This document shows, piece by piece, positions 31,005 to 40,474 of a stretch of 64,000 nt of DNA. Made by a program: the position numbers and the translations under genes. Origin of the DNA: an uncultured Verrucomicrobiae bacterium (GTDB lineage Bacteria > Verrucomicrobiota > Verrucomicrobiia > Chthoniobacterales > UBA10450); assembly GCA_963801815.1 (NCBI GenBank), contig CAWDGJ010000007.1:1-64000 (forward strand), written 5' to 3'. Below the pieces are notes generated by a model, which saw only the letters and a list, made by a program, of their open reading frames with translations, did not search any database and was not told the origin of the DNA. Position 1 is the first letter of the stretch, and the number at the start of each line of letters is the position of its first letter.

Positions 31005-31114
31005 GTCATCCCGAGCGCGAGCGAGGGATCTCACGGTCGAAGCCTTGGACCACACAGGTCATTCTGCGTGATCAATCACTCTGTGAGAGATCCCTCACTT
31101 TCGTTCGGGATGAC
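31005..31114. repeat. GTCATCCCGAGC-type palindromic intergenic repeat
   Basis: gtcatcccga...gagggatctc ... gagatccctc...tcgggatgac long inverted repeat. Confidence 0.8.
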
Positions 31115-31119
31115 GCAGA

Positions 31120-31133
31120 TGTTCATTTGAACT
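31120..31133. promoter_or_regulatory. LexA box upstream of lexA (1 mismatch)
   Basis: TGTTC-ATTT-GAACT versus the Verrucomicrobia consensus TGTTC-N4-GAACA. Confidence 0.65.
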
Positions 31134-31232
31134 TGCATCGTTGACTGAGTGCACCGATGCTGAGTTCATGCTGACCGGCCTTCGCCAAAATGCCAGTCCG
31201 GCTCGGACCTATGGCGTGGCAAGCGGACCAAA

Positions 31233-31850
31233 ATGTTAACCGACCGACAGAAAAAAGTTCTCGAATTCATCCAGCGCGAGCAACGTGAGAAAGGCGTCAC
31301 TCCGAGCACGCGTGAAATCCAAAGTCATTTTCGTTTCGCCAGCCAAACATCGGTGATGCAATACATCGCCGCGCTCGAACGAAAAGGATTTCTCCAACGC
31401 CACGCCAACAAGGCGCGCGCGTTGATCACACCGATCCAAAAAGTCCGGATCCACGACGTTCCGATTTACGGCCAAATCCCAGCCGGCATGGCGACGTTAA
31501 CCGAGCAGGACATCGAAGGTCATGTTTCGCTCGACGCGCACTCGGCCAATGTTTCGAAAAACCATGGTACGTTTGCGCTCCGCGTCCGCGGCGATTCGAT
31601 GGTTGGCGCGCACATTCTCGATGGCGACGTAGTGATTCTCGAGCAAAGCAAAGAAGTCAATAACGGTGACATCGTCGCGGCGCTGATCGACGGCGAGACT
31701 ACGTTGAAACGCTATGTTGTCGAACGTGGCCGACCGTATCTAAAAGCGGAAAACCCGTGTTATCCGAATCTGATTCCTGCTCGCGAACTAAAAATCCAGG
31801 GCGTCATGGTTTCGCTCGTTCGCAAACACGAGCGCCGGAAAAAAAACTAA
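31233..31850 (+). CDS. lexA: SOS repressor LexA
   Basis: wHTH (LTDRQ..PSTREI), Ala-Gly cleavage site IPAG, catalytic Ser (GDSM) and Lys (TTLK). Confidence 0.96.
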   Translation: MLTDRQKKVLEFIQREQREKGVTPSTREIQSHFRFASQTSVMQYIAALERKGFLQRHANKARALITPIQKVRIHDVPIYGQIPAGMATLTEQDIEGHVSLDAHSANVSKNHGTFALRVRGDSMVGAHILDGDVVILEQSKEVNNGDIVAALIDGETTLKRYVVERGRPYLKAENPCYPNLIPARELKIQGVMVSLVRKHERRKKN

Positions 31851-31894
31851 ATCGACTTCGTCACGCCCACTCGCGTTCGTAAGATAGAGTTGCG

Positions 31895-32386
31895 ATGGCT
31901 GTTATAAAGCTTGTCACTTCAATTGCCGCACCTACTGAACGCGTTTTCGACTTGGCTCGGAGTATTGACTTACACATGAACTCTACTGCGAGCACCGGCG
32001 AGCGTGCTGTCGCGGGAGTTACATCCGGTCTGATTGGCCTCGGCCAGGAGGTTACCTGGCGTGCTAAGCACTTTGGTATTTGGCAGTCACTTACCGTTCG
32101 CATCACAATCTTCGAACGACCAACTCACTTCGCCGATGTCATGGTCCGCGGTGCTTTTTGTAGCATGGAGCATCACCACAATTTCGAGACGTGCCCCAAC
32201 GGCACAATTATGCGCGACGTATTTGCCTACCAAGCGCCGCTGGGTGTCCTAGGCGATATCGCCGACTTCCTTTTTCTCACGCGTTACATGCGATCGCTCC
32301 TAATTGAGCGTAACCGTGTCATCAAACTTACAGCGGAGTCGGACGCCTGGATGCAATACCTTCATAATACGAAAATGTTCACTTGA
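31895..32386 (+). CDS. SRPBCC/START-fold protein
   Basis: IAAPTERVFDLARSIDLH...VTWRAKHFG...GAF..MEHHH. Confidence 0.88.
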   Translation: MAVIKLVTSIAAPTERVFDLARSIDLHMNSTASTGERAVAGVTSGLIGLGQEVTWRAKHFGIWQSLTVRITIFERPTHFADVMVRGAFCSMEHHHNFETCPNGTIMRDVFAYQAPLGVLGDIADFLFLTRYMRSLLIERNRVIKLTAESDAWMQYLHNTKMFT

Positions 32387-32389
32387 ACA
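32376..32389. promoter_or_regulatory. Perfect LexA box upstream of imuA
   Basis: TGTTC-ACTT-GAACA, 28 bp before the imuA ATG. Confidence 0.85.
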
Positions 32390-32417
32390 TATTCTAACTT
32401 CATGCCATGATTCCGGC

Positions 32418-33077
32418 ATGGTGACGGCTGCGGCCATTATCGATCTCCGGAAGGCGTTGACGGAACGGTTTCCGCAGCGGTCACAGCCTGCAACAACGGT
32501 TTTACCGACTCACCTCTCAGTTCTCGATGCAATAACAGGCGGCGGTTTCCCCAAGAGCGCGATCACTGAATTAATTTCCCCGCGCACGAGCGCGGGGAGT
32601 GCATCGCTCATTCACTCACTCATTCGATTCGCCCAGCGCGACCAACATTTCATCGCATTAATCGACGGCTCCGATTCGTTTGACCCCGGTTCGTCGAATA
32701 ATTCCGCGTTGCAGCATTTGCTCTGGATCCGCTGCCGGAAAGCGTTCGACGCCGTCAAAGTCGCCGATCTGCTTTTGCGCGATGGAAATTTTCCGTTACT
32801 GATTGTCGACCTTGTCCTGAACTCGCTCGACGAGCTCCGGAAAATTCCGCAGACGAGCTGGTATCGTTTGCAACGATTAGCTGAATCGGTCCCGAGCGCG
32901 TGTTTGATCCTTAATCGCCAAAGCCTGGTCAGCAGCGCGCAGTTGAAAATCGTTCTCGAAAATTCATGGACGCCTGCTGATCTCGAAAAACAAAATGCGA
33001 TGATCGATCTGCGATTTCGAGTTCAACGATCGCACGTCAAATCACTGGTCACTGGTCACTTGTCACTGGTCACTTGA
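32418..33077 (+). CDS. imuA: ImuA-like RecA-fold protein
   Basis: LDAITGGGFPKSAITEL, ALIDGSDSFDP and LLIVDL; degenerate Walker A; precedes the imuB-like gene. Confidence 0.8.
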   Translation: MVTAAAIIDLRKALTERFPQRSQPATTVLPTHLSVLDAITGGGFPKSAITELISPRTSAGSASLIHSLIRFAQRDQHFIALIDGSDSFDPGSSNNSALQHLLWIRCRKAFDAVKVADLLLRDGNFPLLIVDLVLNSLDELRKIPQTSWYRLQRLAESVPSACLILNRQSLVSSAQLKIVLENSWTPADLEKQNAMIDLRFRVQRSHVKSLVTGHLSLVT

Positions 33078-33079
33078 GA

Positions 33080-33601
33080 ATGTTCGCGACGATTTATCTA
33101 CCCAATTTCTATTTACAGGCGACGATCCGGCATCATCCGAAATTGCAGGCCCAGCCGGTTGGTTTGATCGATCCCACTCAAAAGAAAGTCACGATCATTG
33201 AATTGAATGATGCCGCCCAGGAGGCGGGCGTGACCAAAGGCATGACTCCGAGCCAGGCGCTAGCCCGCTGCTTGCAAGTCGTGATCCGAACACGCGAACG
33301 CGCGCAGGAAAAATTGATCGGCGAAATTTTACTACAGCACGCCTTTATGCTTTCCCCGTTTATCGAAGCCACTGCATCCGGGGTTTGCACTGTCCAGTTT
33401 ACCGACAACCGGCAGTTGATCGTCAAAGCTTCGCGGGTTCTGGACAAACTTGAGAAATGCGAAATCCGAGCACACATCGGCATTGCCTCATCGCCTGACA
33501 CCAGCCTCCTGGCCGCGCATTTGGCCCGGCCGATTTTACAAATCGACGAGCCGAAGAAATTTCTCGCGCCATTGCCGATTGAAACGTTGGCGATTGCGTA
33601 G
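33080..33601 (+). CDS. imuB: Truncated ImuB-like inactive Y-family polymerase (IMS domain only)
   Basis: IYLPNFYLQ, AQEAGV..GM...QALARC, IGIA and FLAPLPI, then a stop; catalytic Asp residues absent. Confidence 0.75.
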   Translation: MFATIYLPNFYLQATIRHHPKLQAQPVGLIDPTQKKVTIIELNDAAQEAGVTKGMTPSQALARCLQVVIRTRERAQEKLIGEILLQHAFMLSPFIEATASGVCTVQFTDNRQLIVKASRVLDKLEKCEIRAHIGIASSPDTSLLAAHLARPILQIDEPKKFLAPLPIETLAIA

Positions 33602-33703
33602 CTGGGGTGGATCGGCCGCTCCGCGGGCGATGTTAAACAAATGCGGCTTCGCCGCTTAAAGCTGAAACTAACATCGAGCGGCGGAGCGCTCGATCCACCT
33701 CAG
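33602..33703. repeat. ~100-bp palindromic REP/REPIN-like element, copy 2
   Basis: ggtggatcggccgctccgcgggcgatgtta...taacatcgagc...gctcgatccacc; matches 9542-9642. Confidence 0.8.
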
Positions 33704-33721
33704 TCGATGAACCGCCGCTAC

Positions 33722-36148
33722 CTATCCCCCGGTGTCTTTTGGATATCGTTCCCGCAATTGTTTAACGACTTTGTCAGCCTCAGCCGCTTTGCCAGCGCGT
33801 TGATACGCGGTGGCCGCTTTCTTCAATGCCCGCGGCGTAACCGCTGGATCGTCATACAACAGCGCGACGCTTTCGAACGCCTTACCTGCATCTTCAAAAT
33901 TGCCGCGTTCGAATTGAACGTCACCGGCGAGCAAACGCGCCTGGGCGTTTACCTGCCCTTCCGGCTGGAGCACCATGATCTGTTCCGCAATCTTCTGCGC
34001 TTCGTCCGGCTTATGGGCGGCGATCTTCACATCGCCAAGCTTCAGCAATACTTTTGCTTTGCCAGCCGGGTCGGTCGCCACCTGTAAATATTTTCCGAGT
34101 GCGTTTTCCGCTTCATCGAATTTTTGTTGCCTGGCGGCCGAATCGCCGAGATAAAACCAAAAATCGGGTTTCACGGACGGGTTATCGATCTTGCCGAGAA
34201 CGCCGAGATACTTCTCCGCGGCTGCGTAATTCTTTTGATTGTAATACTCCGTCCCGAGCCATTCCAAAATCTCAGCTGGAACCCGGGCGTTTGGATTATC
34301 GGCGAGAAGGGCGTCCAATTCCTTGGTAACTGCATTACGATCGTGCGATCCGAAATAGTAACTCGAGATGATTAGGATCGTCGCCTGGGTGTAGTAGCGA
34401 TTTTTATCAAGCTGACGGGAGGTGTTCAGTTCACTCAACGCCGTTTTGTAATCCTTCAACTCGAACGCAGTCTTTCCAATGTAAAAGTGCGCCATTGGCG
34501 CGGAGGTGCTCTTCGGAAATTCTTTCAGGAGCTGCCGGAACGCGTCCGCCATTCCTTTTTTGTTTTCCTGCTGACCAAGAATGAGCGCCTTCCGCTGCAG
34601 CGCTTCCTCGCGCTCACGTGCGTTGGGATACTTGGCCAATATCGCATTCCAATCGGAGAGCGCCGCATCGTAATTCTTGTCGTTCTCGTAGGTCTCTGCG
34701 CGGACTGCGAGGGCGGACGACGCACGCGGGCTGTCGGGGAACGCTTGAACGAAATAACCGTAAGCCTCGATGATTCCCGGAACATCCTTCATTTGAAGGT
34801 AACAGGAGCCGAGTTGATATGCCGCTTCGGCCCGCAGTTTCGGTGAGAGCTGCGAAGGTCGCAGCTCGGCAAAGATGGGCGCCGCGCGAGGAAAGTTCTG
34901 TTGTTTGTAGAGCGCTTCGGCCTTGAACAGCTTCGCCTGGTCGGCACGTTCCTCCGGTGGATTGGTCGCGAGATATTCATCAACTTCCGGCGGCAAGGTC
35001 GAAGGATCTGAATTGTAAATATTCAGCAAGCGTTCGAACGCGGCGTCCTTAGCCTCCTCGCGGCTTGGATATTTCTCGATGATCTCGCGGTACATCGATT
35101 CCGCTTCCTTGGCATGACCAAGCTGCCGATGGCTATTGGCGAAGAACATCATCGCTTCGGCCCGGCTGTCCTCCGGCAACTGTTGCTGAAGTTTCTTATA
35201 ATCGGTCAACACTTGGGCGTATTGACCGGTTTGATATTCCACTTTCAAAACACCAACCTGCGCCAGTCCACGCCATTTTCCGGCTTCCGGTAGCCCGCGC
35301 CCTTTTTGAAGAAGCGCCATCGCCTTGTCGGCCATAGCTTTGTCCTTGTCGGACTGGACCAGCTCGAGTGCGAGCAAGCCGGCGCGCACAGTCGCCTCCG
35401 CCTTCAGCGCCGGTTTCTGGGTTTCATTCGAAAGCGCCTCATACTGCTTCAGCGCGTCTGCCTTGCGCCCCCGTGCACTCGCAATACGCGCGGCAGTTTC
35501 ACGGGCGTCTTCACGATATGGATTCGGGTTCTTGGCTTCGGCGACTTGTTGATAAATATCGCAAGCTTCGTCTTTGTGATCGAGCGCCTCGAGACATCGA
35601 GCTTCGAAATAGTGCGCCGAGAGAGCGACTCCCGGCTCTTTCGATTTCGTGGCAGAACGATGGAACAACGGTAGCGCATCCGCGTAATTCTTCTGGGTGA
35701 AGGCCATTTCCGCCAAGGCGTAAGCCGCTGGACCGGCGAAATCGCTTTCGCCGTAATCGTTTAGGACCCGCTGAAAGTTTGTCCGCGCCGTCGAAGCTTT
35801 GTTCAGGTTGCGGTAACATTCGCCTAACGAAAAGTAAGCGTTCGCGCGACCGGAAGCGCCCGGGTAGTTGTCCAAATATTTTTGATACTCCGGGACAGCA
35901 AGATCGTAGAGCTTACGGGTGAAGAGCGCGTTGGCGTACTCAAGTTGCCGTTTTTCCGGTTGTTCGGTATCCGCTGCCGGCGGCTGGGATGGCGACTCTT
36001 CTTCAATCGGCAACGCGCGTTGCACCTGTTGACCCTGAGGCGGTGGCGGAGGAGGAGGACCCGACGTGCGCTGAGCCGAAACTTGATCAACTAGACAGAG
36101 CAGCATCGCCAGTCCGAGCAGACCGGCTGCGCTGCGCTTATTTTTCAT
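33722..36148 (-). CDS. Periplasmic multi-TPR protein
   Basis: Signal peptide, Pro-rich start, many TPRs; ATGA-coupled to exbD. Confidence 0.9.
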   Translation of the reverse strand: MKNKRSAAGLLGLAMLLCLVDQVSAQRTSGPPPPPPPQGQQVQRALPIEEESPSQPPAADTEQPEKRQLEYANALFTRKLYDLAVPEYQKYLDNYPGASGRANAYFSLGECYRNLNKASTARTNFQRVLNDYGESDFAGPAAYALAEMAFTQKNYADALPLFHRSATKSKEPGVALSAHYFEARCLEALDHKDEACDIYQQVAEAKNPNPYREDARETAARIASARGRKADALKQYEALSNETQKPALKAEATVRAGLLALELVQSDKDKAMADKAMALLQKGRGLPEAGKWRGLAQVGVLKVEYQTGQYAQVLTDYKKLQQQLPEDSRAEAMMFFANSHRQLGHAKEAESMYREIIEKYPSREEAKDAAFERLLNIYNSDPSTLPPEVDEYLATNPPEERADQAKLFKAEALYKQQNFPRAAPIFAELRPSQLSPKLRAEAAYQLGSCYLQMKDVPGIIEAYGYFVQAFPDSPRASSALAVRAETYENDKNYDAALSDWNAILAKYPNAREREEALQRKALILGQQENKKGMADAFRQLLKEFPKSTSAPMAHFYIGKTAFELKDYKTALSELNTSRQLDKNRYYTQATILIISSYYFGSHDRNAVTKELDALLADNPNARVPAEILEWLGTEYYNQKNYAAAEKYLGVLGKIDNPSVKPDFWFYLGDSAARQQKFDEAENALGKYLQVATDPAGKAKVLLKLGDVKIAAHKPDEAQKIAEQIMVLQPEGQVNAQARLLAGDVQFERGNFEDAGKAFESVALLYDDPAVTPRALKKAATAYQRAGKAAEADKVVKQLRERYPKDTGG

Positions 36149-36552
36149 TTTGCGGTCGCGAATGCGACGTTGGTTATTCCGGCTTCGGTGCAGATATTGA
36201 GTACGCCGATGATATTCTTGTAAGCCCCGGATTCATCGCCGCGAATGATCACTGCCTGCTCCGAATTCAGCTGCACCAGATTCTTCAATAAATCAGTCAA
36301 CTCGGCCGAGCTTAGCGTCCGTCGATTAACAACCACATTGCCGTCGGCTTTGACATTCACGACCACATCGCCAATAGGCGTGCTCTTTTCTTTCGCGGCA
36401 GCTGCTTTGGGAACTTTGACGTCGAGCTCATTTTCGTTTCGGGCCGCATTCCACGTCAGAAGAAAGAAGATCAACAGCAACAACAGAACGTCGACCAATG
36501 GGGCAAGTTGGATTCCGGGATGATGAAACGTTGCGTGGCCGCGCAAATTCAT
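36145..36552 (-). CDS. exbD: Biopolymer transporter ExbD/TolR
   Basis: APLVDVLLLLLIFF TM with conserved Asp; VIIRGD. Confidence 0.92.
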   Translation of the reverse strand: MNLRGHATFHHPGIQLAPLVDVLLLLLIFFLLTWNAARNENELDVKVPKAAAAKEKSTPIGDVVVNVKADGNVVVNRRTLSSAELTDLLKNLVQLNSEQAVIIRGDESGAYKNIIGVLNICTEAGITNVAFATAK

Positions 36553-36737
36553 GATGCGAGATACGCGTTTCGCGATACGGGGTCCGAGCTCTCGTCGCGA
36601 ACGGTTCGGTGTTCACGTTCCACTCTTTCGATGAAGACGTTGAGCTTGCGGCCCAGGAGATCTAAACACGAGCTAAGCTCCCGATAGATTGTCTCATTTG
36701 TTAGTGATCCTGTCTCAAAGAGCATTTTATCACGCAT
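36549..36737 (-). pseudogene. C-terminal remnant of a four-helix-bundle gene between inverted 7-mer arms
   Basis: LFETGSL.....Y..L...LDLLGRKLNVFIERVE.EH resembles the last helices of TIGR02436 proteins; arms at about 36553-36582 and 36728-36762 are complementary. Confidence 0.6.
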
Positions 36738-36763
36738 CGCGTACCTCGTAACCCGCCACCCGG

Positions 36764-37576
36764 TTAAAGTTCGTCCTCGATCAGCACGGGCGTGCGCGGT
36801 TCGACTCGCCTGTCGTACTGAAGCGAAAGCAAAGCAAGCACGTGAGTCGTCGCCGATTCCAGCTCGGAGATAAGCTTCTGGGCTTTGCCGCGGAAGAAGG
36901 CGTAGCACATCATCGCCGGAATACCGATTGCCAGTCCGGCGCAGGTATTAACCAGGGCTTCACTGATCCCCTTGGACAATAAAACGTAACGAGCTGTCCC
37001 GAGGTCGGCTCCAAGTGCGCCGAATGAGCGAATAATTCCAAGCACTGTTCCGAGCAATCCAAGCAGCGGTGCAATCATGCCGATATCGGCGAGATACGTA
37101 ACCCGATTGTTCAGGCTGGAGGCGACCCGCGTTCCTTCCGTCTCGGCAATCTCTCGGACTTGGGCAAGATCCGCATTCGGGTTCTTAGTTGTGAAATCGA
37201 GCATCTTTTGCACTACGCGGGCGATCGCCTCGCCGTGCCGGTTCGAAACCGCGAGTAATCCGAGATAATCGCGCTTTCGCAAAAGAGCATCCGCAGTCGC
37301 CATATAACTACTGGAAGCGACCGCGCCGCGGCGAATCGTCAGCAGATAAACGATTACGAGCATGACAAAGAAAACGGAGAGCGCGAAAAGAATTCCCATT
37401 ACCCAGCCGGCATCCATCAGTGTTTGCAGAATCGACTTCGCATGGACTTCGGGGACCAGCGACGGAACGCCGGCGGCCGCTGCCGGCGGCGGCGCGGGCG
37501 TCGCGGTCATAGTTACAGTCTGCGCGAACAATGGATTTCCGACCGCGAAAGCGATCAGCGAAAGCAAAATCTTCAT
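36764..37576 (-). CDS. exbB: MotA/TolQ/ExbB proton channel protein
   Basis: APLLGLLGTVLGII..F...GISEAL..T..GL.I.IP. Confidence 0.92.
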   Translation of the reverse strand: MKILLSLIAFAVGNPLFAQTVTMTATPAPPPAAAAGVPSLVPEVHAKSILQTLMDAGWVMGILFALSVFFVMLVIVYLLTIRRGAVASSSYMATADALLRKRDYLGLLAVSNRHGEAIARVVQKMLDFTTKNPNADLAQVREIAETEGTRVASSLNNRVTYLADIGMIAPLLGLLGTVLGIIRSFGALGADLGTARYVLLSKGISEALVNTCAGLAIGIPAMMCYAFFRGKAQKLISELESATTHVLALLSLQYDRRVEPRTPVLIEDEL

Positions 37577-37662
37577 GCCAAAAGTGTTCTAATCATAAAC
37601 GCCGCCGGACGGTATGCAAATCTACCAACAACGGTTAAACCTTCGTCCAAAGCGAGAGTTGC

Positions 37663-39643
37663 TCAGGCAAACCGATCACCCTCAATCCAGCGGCGGATGC
37701 GAAAAACGTGGGCCGGCTGAATCTCGGGATCGAGCTCGACGTAATTACGCGCGCCATGCCAGATGTAACGCGCGTCGCTGAGAAGATCGTGCACCTGATA
37801 GGCATCGCCCTCTATTGAGCCGAACTGATCGATCGGAACATCGACATATGAATGTTGTTTTCGATGCGGGTCGAGGTTTACCACCACCAAAATGATGTTG
37901 TCGCGGGCCGGGGTCATCTTTCCGTAGAAAATAATCGCGTCGTTGTCGGCGTGATAGAACTGCAGGTTGTCCTTAAACTGGAGTGCGCGATTGGTTTTCC
38001 GGATTTGGTTCAAGCGCGTGATCCAATCCTTAATGTTGCCAGCCGCGTTCCAATCTCGTTCTTTGAATTGATATTTCTCGGAATCGAGATACTCCTCGCG
38101 ACCCGGCAACGCTTCATTCTCGCAAAGCTCGTAGCCGCTGTAGATGCCGTAAAGCGGTCGAAAGCGTCGCCGCCAGCACCGCCCGAATCATGAACGCCGG
38201 CCGGCCGCCATCCTGCAAGAAAGGCGGCAAGATGTCGGGCGTGTTCGGCCACAAATTGCCGCGAAAATATTCGCGCATTTCGGTTTGCGTGAGCTCAGTG
38301 AGATACTCGGTGAGTTCCTGCTTCGTAGTTTCGCCAGGTGAAATAGGTGTAGCTCTGACTGAAGCCCGCCTTGGCCAGCTCCTTCATCATCTTCGGTCGA
38401 GTAAAGGCCTCGGCGAGAAAAATCATGTCCGGATACTTTTCGCGAACGCGCGCAATCAAGTATTCCCAAAACGCGACCGGTTTGGTGTGCGGATTATCGA
38501 CGCGAAAGGTGCGCACCCCGCGATCCGCCCAAAAGAGAACGATGCTCACCATTTCCGCCCAAAGCTCCGGCCAGTTTTCGCAGCGAAAATTCAGCGGGAT
38601 AAATGTCCTCGTATTTCTTCGGCGGATTCTCGGCGAACTTAATCGAGCCGTCCGGGCGCTGATAAAACCAGTCCGGATGTTCGCGAACGTAGGGATGGTC
38701 CGGCGAACAGTTGATCGCGAAATCGAGCGCGATCTCCATTCCGCGCTTGCGGACTTCGCCGATTCAGCCACTCGAAATCCTCGAGCGTTCCCAGCGACGG
38801 CTCGACCGCTTTGTGGCCGCCGACTTCGCTGCCGATGGCCCAGGGCACGCCGGGATCGCCCGGCTCGCGAAGTGACCGAATTGTTTCGGCCTTTGCGATT
38901 GGTGTGTCCGATCGGATGAATCGGCGGAAAATAAATGATGTTGAAACCCATCTCGCTTCGCATCGTCGATCCGCGGCAGACAATCGCGAAATGTCGATCC
39001 CGATCGCCGCGACCTTCGGCCGAGCGCGGAAAAAATTCGTACCACGCCGCGACCTGCGCCTCGCGTCGATCAACAATCACTCGCGGCGGCGGGGCGTATT
39101 GCGTGGCCCATGAGCGATCGGGATAAGTCGCCATCAAGACTTCGAGCTCGCCCGAATGCACGATGTCGTTGATCTGCGCGTTCTCGGCCGTTCGGATGCA
39201 TTCTGAGAGTTCCCGTAACCGCGCCGCGTCTCCGCCGACGTGCGCGCGCTTCGGACGCGGATTCAATCAGCTCTGCGCCTTCCAGCGCTTCGGCGCTGAA
39301 ATTCGTCAATCCCAGCTTCGAATTTCTTGGTAAACTCATCGCCGCCAGCCTCGAAACGTGTCGGTCCACGCTTCGACCGTGTATTCGTAAGGTGCCGATT
39401 CTCGTAGAACGAACAAACGCCCCGCCAGCGATCGTTGTCGACAAACGTCATCGGCGTTTCGTGCCAGCGCGGTTCGCCGACCAGACGCCACTTCAAGATC
39501 GCGGCCACGACGTCATGACCGTCCTTGAACACGTCCGCTTCGACGACAAGATCGTCGCCAACGATACGCTTGATCGGATAGCGCCCGCCGTCAATCAGCG
39601 GCCGCAAATTCTCGATAACCGCGCTGGGAAAGGCCCGAACCAT
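37663..39643 (-). CDS. glgE: Alpha-1,4-glucan:maltose-1-phosphate maltosyltransferase GlgE, with multiple frameshifts
   Basis: [61 protein letters not shown] and EEYLDSEKY spread over at least 6 ORF pieces. Confidence 0.88.
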
Positions 39644-39713
39644 GGACCTTCAATCAACGCGAAATTAATCCGATGCGAAAGGGGAAATCTCGCGGCAAAC
39701 TTGATGAGCTGGT

Positions 39714-40356
39714 TTAGGCCGCGAAATAGAACGCACACTCGTAAAGACCGCTGGTGTGCGTTTCTTCACGGCGAACGTTCGTGCCGAGGACCGCCTCAAA
39801 CATGTCCTGCTCGAGCCGGCCGATGATCGGATACTTTTCGAGCAGATTCAGAATCGGCGAATGACACTCGAGGATCTGCGGACCATCCTTTTCGGACGAA
39901 AGATACTGCGCCATGAAACCTTCGTTGTCGCGCACTCTGGCCAGCCATTTCGCGCGCTCGACCACCTTGTCGCCCTTTGACCTTTGACCTTCAACGCCGT
40001 GGTCTGCTCTTGCGAACACATTGTAGAGCATCTTCTCTGGCGCGTTCGCACCGTAGATTTCATTAGCCGATTGCAGCAGTTCGAGCGTGAACTGGTTGCT
40101 GTCGACGGGGAACAGATCGTGGCTGCGCCGGGTGAGGCGGTAGACCATTTCCGGCCGGCCCATTTTTTGCGGACGCCGCCAGGTATCGAGATAGCCGTCG
40201 CGCTGCAAGCGTCAGGCAATGCTGCTTGATCCCCATGTAGCTCATCCCCATTTTGTCGACCAATTCGTTGACCGACATTCCCTTTGTTCGCTTAAGCGAG
40301 TTAATAATCTCCAGCCGCTGGGTGCGACCGATCTCAGAAAGCAGACGTTGATTCAT
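39714..40356 (-). CDS. SufR-like helix-turn-helix transcriptional regulator, frameshifted
   Basis: HTH ORF 40063..40356 joins GRPEMVYRLT....LFP ORF 39714..40208 across a frameshift near 40208. Confidence 0.75.
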
Positions 40357-40474
40357 GGGCGACTAGCATCGGTTCAGTTCGACTTTACACGCGTCGATCT
40401 TTAAAAAACAACATCTAAATAACGCAAATTGCATCGGCAAAAGAGATTACACAGATGTAATCCTCCACTGCCGC

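Noticed and set aside
933..33076. CRISPR array
   Set aside because: The repeats are 7-9-nt tandem units without unique spacers, and there are no cas genes.
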